A DNA stretch of 64,000 nt from an uncultured Phycisphaerales bacterium. Its GTDB lineage: Bacteria > Planctomycetota > Phycisphaerae > Sedimentisphaerales > Anaerobacaceae. The translations under genes and the position numbers were made by a program. The stretch lies in NCBI GenBank assembly GCA_963772725.1, contig CAVYYI010000004.1, forward strand, positions 256,001 to 320,000, written 5' to 3'. This document shows positions 56,905 to 64,000 of the stretch, piece after piece (positions within the stretch are counted from its first letter, which is position 1; each line of letters opens with the position of its first letter). The notes under the pieces are model-generated. The model saw only the letters and a list, made by a program, of their open reading frames with translations, was not told where the DNA came from and ran no database searches.

Positions 56905-57416
56905 ACCCAAAATTATGTAAAGAAATTTGCGAAATGCTTGTTGATTACGCCGATAGGGAACTGCCGGCCAGCCGGTCTGATTTGGTAGCTGAGCATTTGG
57001 AAAAATGTGAAAATTGCCGCAATAATTTGAGAGCTATAGAGAAATCGCTTGGCCTGACAAAGGTTATCTGGCGGGATGCCCTTGGCGATATGGATGCTGT
57101 TCAGATTTCCGCTCAGCCCCGAATCCGAAAGTACTATTGGCGAAAATATGCCGCAGTCGCGGCGGCTATTGTGCTTGTAACAATCGTCAGTTTTACGCTG
57201 CGTCAATTGACCCTGCCAGAAACGAAACAGCCGACCTTTGCTGAGATTGAGCGCAACATATCCGACGCAGGCAATGCCGCAAGATTATTGGCCGCGACAG
57301 AAATGTTAAGCCAGTCTCCTGAAAATCAGCCAATCATAAAACAGCAATATATCTATATCGTTAAAACTTACCCGCGAACAAACGCGGCTATTGAGGCAAA
57401 AACAAGAATTCAATAA
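56901..57416 (+). CDS. Zinc-binding (HxxxCxxC) transmembrane anti-sigma factor
   Basis: EHLEKCENC and one TM segment; overlaps the sigma gene stop. Confidence 0.85.
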   Translation: MNPKLCKEICEMLVDYADRELPASRSDLVAEHLEKCENCRNNLRAIEKSLGLTKVIWRDALGDMDAVQISAQPRIRKYYWRKYAAVAAAIVLVTIVSFTLRQLTLPETKQPTFAEIERNISDAGNAARLLAATEMLSQSPENQPIIKQQYIYIVKTYPRTNAAIEAKTRIQ

Positions 57417-57438
57417 CTTATCGAAAGGAGACCATAAA

Positions 57439-58500
57439 ATGTTTACCTCAAAAACACAGTCTTTTGTAATTGGCCTTATCCTGACGTGTATCTGTATCCC
57501 GCTGTCGGCCAAAGAAAAAAATCAGACAATATCAATACCCGAACTGAAATTTGAAAACAGCAACAAGCCCCTCCCGTGGGCAGTGCCAGATGCTGGTCCC
57601 TCAGAAAGGTTATCGTTAGCTTCTGGAGGTGGGATATGGGGGCAGCATGGACTAATTTTGCCAAAATTCGCGGCTGTTTGCTATATAAAGGATGTTTATA
57701 ATTCTTCTGGCTTTAGGGAAGGTGTGAAATCAATCTTATCAAAATCTACTGTACGAACTATGTCCGAGGAACAGCAAAAGTTTGTTGAATTGACAAATGG
57801 AAATTATGTTATTGTTCCCTTTGAAAAAGGTCGTACAATCGGAAATTATATGGAGGTGCAATTCTATGCCGTCAGCCAGGACGACGCTGAAAAAATAGTA
57901 AATATTTTTCTGGAAGATTTAGTTAAAAACACAAACGAGAATATGCAGGAATTAATTACCAGGCAGAAAGAGCTTGAAAAAAAGATTGCCGATGCCAATA
58001 ATCAGTTAGATTCAAAAGAGAAAACATTGGAAACGGTAAAGACCAACCTGCGAAAAAATAAAGGGTATCTTTCTGAAGAAGATGCTTATAAGCAAGCTAA
58101 GGAAACCCTCTCTGAAATGAACAAGATGCTGCATGTTCTTGACATTGAGAGAGCGGGGATACATGCGAAGATAGATGCCATACAGGGATATCTCGCAAAA
58201 TCGGGAAAAGATGAAAATCTTAAAACTAAACTTGAAGGCGAGTTGGCCAACCAGACAATAGAATTGAAAGTCGGGGAGGCTAAATATAATGTGGTTTTGA
58301 GCATTCATCAGAGGCAAGAAGATTTGCTTGAATTATTTGCTCAAAGAGATAATCTCAAAAACGAAATAACGGCTTTGAAATTTAGTCTCAAAAATTATGA
58401 AGAAGATTTGGCGAGATTCAAAGCAAGATTATCACATATTATTGTACCAGATGTTTATGAAAACACGGTTACAATCCATCCGATTGAGCCGGAAAAATGA
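57439..58500 (+). CDS. Secreted coiled-coil hypothetical protein
   Basis: Signal peptide and a long heptad-rich C-terminal half. Confidence 0.7.
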   Translation: MFTSKTQSFVIGLILTCICIPLSAKEKNQTISIPELKFENSNKPLPWAVPDAGPSERLSLASGGGIWGQHGLILPKFAAVCYIKDVYNSSGFREGVKSILSKSTVRTMSEEQQKFVELTNGNYVIVPFEKGRTIGNYMEVQFYAVSQDDAEKIVNIFLEDLVKNTNENMQELITRQKELEKKIADANNQLDSKEKTLETVKTNLRKNKGYLSEEDAYKQAKETLSEMNKMLHVLDIERAGIHAKIDAIQGYLAKSGKDENLKTKLEGELANQTIELKVGEAKYNVVLSIHQRQEDLLELFAQRDNLKNEITALKFSLKNYEEDLARFKARLSHIIVPDVYENTVTIHPIEPEK

Positions 58501-58791
58501 GAATCGCTGATTTCTGGAGAACTAACTAAATATTAACCGCTGAGTTTACTGCGTGAAATACTCTTCACGCAGATACGAGAAACGAATTATCTCTGCTTCT
58601 TTGCGCCTTGGTGGGGAAAAAATACGGGTTAAAGCAATTCCAGTTGTAGGGTTGTGGGGGTGATTTGAGTAAAAGCACTTGTTTTTTCTGACGAAAAATC
58701 ATATAATTAAGGCAGGTATAAAATTTAACTAACGGTTTTGTATGAAATCACATCATAGACTGAAAATGTGCCGAGGAGCGGCGGAATGTAT

Positions 58792-61700
58792 ATGACATCT
58801 TCAAAAATCCGCCTAATCTGTGTTTTATGTGTATTTTATACGGCGATTCCGGTATTGGCGGTTCTGCCTGAAAAATCAGCGGAATCGTACAAATCATTCG
58901 GTAAAGAAGAAATAATCACATTGCCAAAACCGACAGCGGCAATTCCTTCGGCTGCCCAGGCGGCACAGGAGAATAAAGCACAGATTATTAAAACGCTTCA
59001 AAATTCCATGCCTTGGCAGAATTTTACTCAAAAAGCGGGGCGAGGCTGGTCTGTCCGCTGGAACGCAAAGACAAAAACTCCGCATGCGGCGGTTGGCAGG
59101 CCGATAGCATTGTCGGCGGCGCCGCTGACGGAAGATAATATCGACACTGTCTGCGAGGATTTCATATCGGAACATTCCGATTTAATGGGCGTGCGTCCGG
59201 GGCAGTTGCGCCGGCTCAAGGCGGTAAAGGCAGAGGGCAGGTGGCACAGCGATTTTGAGCAGGTACATAACGGTGTTCCTGTTTTCGGCAGCAGGGTGAA
59301 ATTGTCGTTTGCCGCCAACGATGGGCTTGTCGCGTTCGGTTCAGATGTCTATTCGGATGTTAACGTAGATACTGTTCCGTTAATAGAACGAAAGGATGCC
59401 GAGCGAATTGCGGTTGACGACTGCAATAAAACCGCCGGCGGCGATGACCGTATCAGTGATGTGAATCTTTGCATATTGCCTGTTCGCCGCGGGATGGCTG
59501 TCGATTATGCTCTGTGCTGGCGATTGGATATTCTTCAGCCGAAGGTTCAAAAGAAGTGGCAGTATTTTATCGATGCCAAAACCGGCAAAATCGCGGGCAG
59601 GCAGAACATCCTGTGGTATGCGAATATTTCCGGCGATGTTATGGGCGAGGTCAAACCTGAATTCGCGAGCGACCCGACAGCGGTGCGTCCTTTCGCGTAC
59701 GAAGAAATAATAGCCGAAGGGGCGGAAAAACTTATCCAGTCGTGGGACTTCAACTCTGACCCAGGCTGGATGACAGAAGGGGCGTGGGCATTCGGTGTGC
59801 CGAGCGGCGAGGGAACGGCTTGCGGTGACCCATGTTCAGGTTATACCGGCGCCAATGTGTATTGTTACGAGCTTAACGGCGATTACTTGAATAATATGCC
59901 TGCTTATCATCTGACAACAACGCCGATAGGCAGCTCAGGCTATGAAACTCTCAGGCTGAAATTTATGCGATGGCTTGGAGTTGAATCATCCTATTACGAT
60001 AAGGCGGGGATTGAGGTATCCAACAATGGTGCGGACTGGGTGTCTTTGTGGAACAATCCGACTAAATCGATGTGTGACGGGCAATGGGTCGGAGTATCTT
60101 ATGACCTTCCACCTCTTGCGGACAACCAGCCGAATCTGTACCTCCGATGGTCGATGGGGCCAACTGATTTTTCAGTAACTTTCCCCGGCTGGAATATCGA
60201 CGATGTGCAGCTTTTTTCAGTCCTGGGCGGCATTAATACAGAACAAACAAATTCGCGAGGCTCATACCGTATGAAAGCCCCGTGGAAGCCTTCCAAAATA
60301 ATTTCGCAGTTGAGAGGTTTGTATTGCGATATAAATAATGCCTATAAACCGGATGCTCAATTTGTGCGAACGGATGTTTATCCCCATGATGTGATTAACT
60401 GGGTCTGGGACAGCAATCTTTATAACACTATCAGCGAGAGCAGTGTTTACTGGCATATTAACCACATTCATGATTATTATAAATCCATAGACAAAGATTT
60501 TAATGGTCTGGATTTTCTTGTCTCAGTCTTTGTTGATGTAAATTTCAGTAATGCCTATTGGGACGGGATCAATCTGGCATTCGGCAGGGGGGACGGGGTT
60601 GAATACGGCGATTTCGCGTTATATTCCGAAGTTGTTTATCACGAATATACTCACGGCGTAACGGATAAGATTTATGACGGTGTCTTTTTCCCGTACAGGG
60701 GCGAACAGGGAGCTATGAATGAGGCATGGAGCGATTATTTTGGCTGCGTATTAAGCGACAGTCAAAGCCCGGAAGTCGGTGACGGTGGGCTTGTAATCAA
60801 TGAGCCGAACGGATTCCGTTCTCTTAATAATACTTATCGGCGTGAAACCGACTGGAGCAATGAAGTTCATGCCGATAGTGAAATGTTCAGCGGCTCTTTG
60901 TGGGAAATAGGACAGTCGCTCGGCGATAAAATAGCGGATAAACTCGTTCACTTTGCCAGATATGAACACCCTATGAGTTTTGAAGACTGCCTCGCGGCAA
61001 TTCTGCTCGAGGATGATAACAGATACGGCGATGGTGACATAACCAACGGCACTCTCCACGGCAGGGCTATTTATACGGCCTTTGGCAATCACGGTATCGG
61101 CGGCCTTGAGTATCTTGGGCCGAGTATGGTTATTACAGATGACAGCGTAAACCGAAATGGCAGGCTTGAACCAGGAGAAACGGGTAAACTGTCACTGACG
61201 TTGATAAACCGCTGGGCCGACGCGCTTAAAATACGCGCAACGCTGAGCAGTACAGATGCCTTTGTTCGTATCGTTAAACCAACTACTTTGTTTACCAATG
61301 CCGAGTATGGCGGCACAACCGACAATTCCGCTGACCCGTTTATTATATCGGTTGAGCCGAATTGCCCTGAAACGCATACTATTTATTTTATGCTCTCCAT
61401 CACAGCTCGCGGGCAGTATTCTTATTCGCGAAATTGCCTGATTTACTACAATGTCGCCGTACAGCAATATGCTTACGATGACGGCGGCATCGATGATTAT
61501 GTTAATCACGGCGAACCCAACGGCGCTTTGGCGATACGTGTAACACCGGAGGTATATCCGTGTTATCCGACGCATGTGCGCCTGTTTCCAACGCACGCCA
61601 CGACTATTACAATAACTGTCTGGGATGATAACGAACCGAATGGTCTGCCGGGAGCGGTGCTTGGCAGTATAAAAACCAATGTGCCGGTTGCCAATGACTG

Positions 61701-62907
61701 GTACGATGTGGACATCAGGCCGCTGGGTCTGAAAATCGAAAGCGGAAACGTTTATGTCGGCTGGGTGGAAGGCACGGGTTACTATACGAACGGTTTTGAT
61801 GCCGACCCGACGTATTATGAGCGGTCACTTGTTTTCCTTGACCCGAACTGGGTTCCGCTTGAGGATTTTTATTATTTTGGCAACTTTATGATTCGTATGC
61901 GTTATCTGAATGAACCGCCGCTGAAAATCAATCCGCCGCTTGAGTATAACTGGAGTGTGGATAGTCAGGTCGAAAACTGCCTTAATGCGGTTAACGGCCA
62001 TACCCCTTATCATAGCTGGACAGCCTTGCCGATACCATCCAATTATACATATACCATTTTAGATACGAGTTACTTTAGTTCTACCGGCACTGCACGACAC
62101 TGGAACGCAGATGACGCTTCGTGGCGTTATACGCTGCCGTTCAAATTTCCGTATTACGGTGCCGAGTATAATGAAATAATAGTATCCAGTAATGGTTTTA
62201 TTGATTTTGCGCAAATCGATTCAGAATTTCTCAATGCGACAGACCGGTTAATTTCCAATAGACGCATCGCTCCTTTATGGGATGATTTTACAACATTAGT
62301 ACCTGACGATATTTGTATAGATGAAAGCGTTCCGCATCAGGTAGCGATACGCTGGCAGGCTAAAACATATTTTTTTGGAACTGCCGCTAATTTTGCGGTC
62401 GTTTTATTCGATGATGGACGTATTCGATTCGACTATGCGCCCTTGCTGATAAGACTTTCTCCCATGGTGGGCATCTCCGCAGGCAATGGTACGGATTACA
62501 TTCTTGTCCCCGGTTATGACAACGTCTCGCGGCTGGCAAATGCTCCAAGTATTCTGTTCACACCTATCCCGGCCAGACCGTCACTGCCGCATGGAGTGAA
62601 CCTTAACCCCGATACCGGCTGCTTCTCTGGAATACCAGCTATTGCAGGCTCTTATAAGGTGACTATTGAGGTAACCGACAATTCGGCCCCGCCTCAGACT
62701 GCAAGACAAAATTTTATTTTTAATGTAATACCGGCTTCCGGTGTTTTTAACCAGGATGGCAAAGTGACTATATCCGAACTTGCTGGTTTTTGCAGCCGGT
62801 GGCTGGGCAGTGATTGCGGCGGTGCGGATAGCTGGTGCCAGGGAGTTGACATTGATGAAAATGGAATCGTTGACATGCGCGATTTTGCCGCTTTTGCGGA
62901 GCATTAG
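58792..62907 (+). CDS. Large secreted M4/M36-type zinc metallopeptidase with accessory domains and a dockerin-like C-terminus
   Basis: Signal peptide, FEQVHNGVPVFG (FTP propeptide), FIDAKTG (PepSY), NAYWDG, HEYTH, NEAWSD, EVH; C-terminal DIDENGIVDMRDFAAFA. Confidence 0.88.
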   Translation: MTSSKIRLICVLCVFYTAIPVLAVLPEKSAESYKSFGKEEIITLPKPTAAIPSAAQAAQENKAQIIKTLQNSMPWQNFTQKAGRGWSVRWNAKTKTPHAAVGRPIALSAAPLTEDNIDTVCEDFISEHSDLMGVRPGQLRRLKAVKAEGRWHSDFEQVHNGVPVFGSRVKLSFAANDGLVAFGSDVYSDVNVDTVPLIERKDAERIAVDDCNKTAGGDDRISDVNLCILPVRRGMAVDYALCWRLDILQPKVQKKWQYFIDAKTGKIAGRQNILWYANISGDVMGEVKPEFASDPTAVRPFAYEEIIAEGAEKLIQSWDFNSDPGWMTEGAWAFGVPSGEGTACGDPCSGYTGANVYCYELNGDYLNNMPAYHLTTTPIGSSGYETLRLKFMRWLGVESSYYDKAGIEVSNNGADWVSLWNNPTKSMCDGQWVGVSYDLPPLADNQPNLYLRWSMGPTDFSVTFPGWNIDDVQLFSVLGGINTEQTNSRGSYRMKAPWKPSKIISQLRGLYCDINNAYKPDAQFVRTDVYPHDVINWVWDSNLYNTISESSVYWHINHIHDYYKSIDKDFNGLDFLVSVFVDVNFSNAYWDGINLAFGRGDGVEYGDFALYSEVVYHEYTHGVTDKIYDGVFFPYRGEQGAMNEAWSDYFGCVLSDSQSPEVGDGGLVINEPNGFRSLNNTYRRETDWSNEVHADSEMFSGSLWEIGQSLGDKIADKLVHFARYEHPMSFEDCLAAILLEDDNRYGDGDITNGTLHGRAIYTAFGNHGIGGLEYLGPSMVITDDSVNRNGRLEPGETGKLSLTLINRWADALKIRATLSSTDAFVRIVKPTTLFTNAEYGGTTDNSADPFIISVEPNCPETHTIYFMLSITARGQYSYSRNCLIYYNVAVQQYAYDDGGIDDYVNHGEPNGALAIRVTPEVYPCYPTHVRLFPTHATTITITVWDDNEPNGLPGAVLGSIKTNVPVANDWYDVDIRPLGLKIESGNVYVGWVEGTGYYTNGFDADPTYYERSLVFLDPNWVPLEDFYYFGNFMIRMRYLNEPPLKINPPLEYNWSVDSQVENCLNAVNGHTPYHSWTALPIPSNYTYTILDTSYFSSTGTARHWNADDASWRYTLPFKFPYYGAEYNEIIVSSNGFIDFAQIDSEFLNATDRLISNRRIAPLWDDFTTLVPDDICIDESVPHQVAIRWQAKTYFFGTAANFAVVLFDDGRIRFDYAPLLIRLSPMVGISAGNGTDYILVPGYDNVSRLANAPSILFTPIPARPSLPHGVNLNPDTGCFSGIPAIAGSYKVTIEVTDNSAPPQTARQNFIFNVIPASGVFNQDGKVTISELAGFCSRWLGSDCGGADSWCQGVDIDENGIVDMRDFAAFAEH

Positions 62908-62917
62908 CTCCGACGAG

Positions 62918-63322
62918 ATGCCCCATAGGTTTGAGAATTGCCTGGAATTTAAATTTTCTCGAAGCAAAGGGCCCGGCGGACAGAATGTTAATAAGGTTAA
63001 TACAAAGGTTACGGTTCTTTTTCGGCCTGTGGACTGCGGAGTTTTTTCACAGGAACAGAAAGAGTGGATAATAAAGAGGCTGGCAGGCAGAATTGATAAA
63101 GAGGGAGTTTTAAGAGTAGCTTCGCAGGAGTATCGTACACAAAGCCAAAATCGAAAAGCGGCCATTGGGCGGTTAGTTGAGTTGCTTTGCTGGGCGTTGG
63201 AAAAACGGAAAGTACGGAAAAAGACAAAAACGCCTTATGGGGCTAAAGAGAAGCGATTGCAAGCCAAGAAACGCCACGGTTTGCTGAAAAAGGAAAGAGC
63301 TGCCAGAGTTATTGAAGACTAA
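62918..63322 (+). CDS. arfB: Ribosome rescue peptidyl-tRNA hydrolase ArfB (start uncertain)
   Basis: FSRSKGPGGQNVNKVNTKV, RTQSQNR, basic C-terminal tail. Confidence 0.92.
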   Translation: MPHRFENCLEFKFSRSKGPGGQNVNKVNTKVTVLFRPVDCGVFSQEQKEWIIKRLAGRIDKEGVLRVASQEYRTQSQNRKAAIGRLVELLCWALEKRKVRKKTKTPYGAKEKRLQAKKRHGLLKKERAARVIED

Positions 63323-63435
63323 CCCGCATATTTCATTAAACGCAAAGAAAAGGCAACCATGAAGACACAAAAACACGAGGAATTTACCCGCAAAGGCGCC
63401 AAGAGGCAAAGAAAAAAAATATAAATCATGTCTAT

Positions 63436-63596
63436 GGGTGCATCTGCCGTTTGTAGGTAAATCCATTTTTTGTCATTGTGAGCGAAGCGAAGCAATCTCA
63501 TAGCCCAATCAGCATAATAGATTGCCACGGCCTGCTTCGCAGGCCTCGCAATGACAATGGGGTGTCTATTTCTACCTACAAACGGCAGATGCACCC
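63436..63596. mobile_element. 161-bp MITE
   Basis: Perfect 24-bp TIRs GGGTGCATCTGCCGTTTGTAGGTA (63436-63459 / 63573-63596); 9-bp direct repeat CATGTCTAT on both sides. Confidence 0.88.
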
Positions 63597-63766
63597 CATG
63601 TCTATCCTGTTATCCTGTCTCAAAATCTTAGCGTCTTTGCGCCTTGGCGGGAAAGAAAATAGCAGGTTAAAAATAGAGCTGGTTTTTGGATTGATAATAT
63701 GCGTGGGATTATTTATTATCTTGGTACTATTGAATTAAATAAACAGGAATAATTTGAGGCTGACAA

Positions 63767-64000
63767 ATGAACGTATTACTGGTAGGCAGCGGCGGACGCG
63801 AACACACAATCGCGTGGAAACTGGCGCAATCGAAAAATATCGACAAGCTGTATATTGCACCGGGTAATCCTGGGACGGCTAAGTGCGGGAAGAATGTCGA
63901 TATAAAGGCGACTGATATTGACAAGCTGGTGAATTTCGCGAAGGAAAACAAAATTGGACTTGTTGTGGTTGGGCCGGAAGACCCTTTGGCCAACGGTCTT
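63767..64000 (+). CDS. purD: Phosphoribosylamine-glycine ligase (partial, runs off window)
   Basis: [36 protein letters not shown]. Confidence 0.96.
   Translation, partial: MNVLLVGSGGREHTIAWKLAQSKNIDKLYIAPGNPGTAKCGKNVDIKATDIDKLVNFAKENKIGLVVVGPEDPLANGL

Overview
Bacterial chromosomal window. The gene repertoire (PEP-CTERM proteins, a dockerin-like C-terminus, ECF/anti-sigma pair, Ahb haem pathway, HypF/NikR) suggests an anaerobic Planctomycetota member, probably Phycisphaerae; this is an inference. Many ordinary genes are split by single-base frameshifts, most likely assembly indel errors. Housekeeping content: hypF, tRNA-Ala(GGC), menA, glgP, nikR, rpoD, dnaG, rpsO, pnp, glyA, a MacAB-TolC-type operon, metK, purH, ccmF, hemA-C-cobA/hemD-ahbC-hemB-ahbD-ahbAB, arfB and purD. 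The standout locus is 5.2-10.1 kb. A sensor-less sigma54 activator precedes a palindromic enhancer and a -24/-12 promoter. Downstream, two diverged ~270-280 nt structured non-coding RNA copies, with compensatory base changes and internally repeated hairpin modules, bracket a pseudo-receiver gene, and three PEP-CTERM genes follow. Other notable items: a kaiC-kaiB-kaiB-PAS/GAF kinase operon, an RNase HI-PurN fusion, a decayed RAYT with REPs, an intact IS630 and a 161-bp MITE with a 9-bp target duplication.
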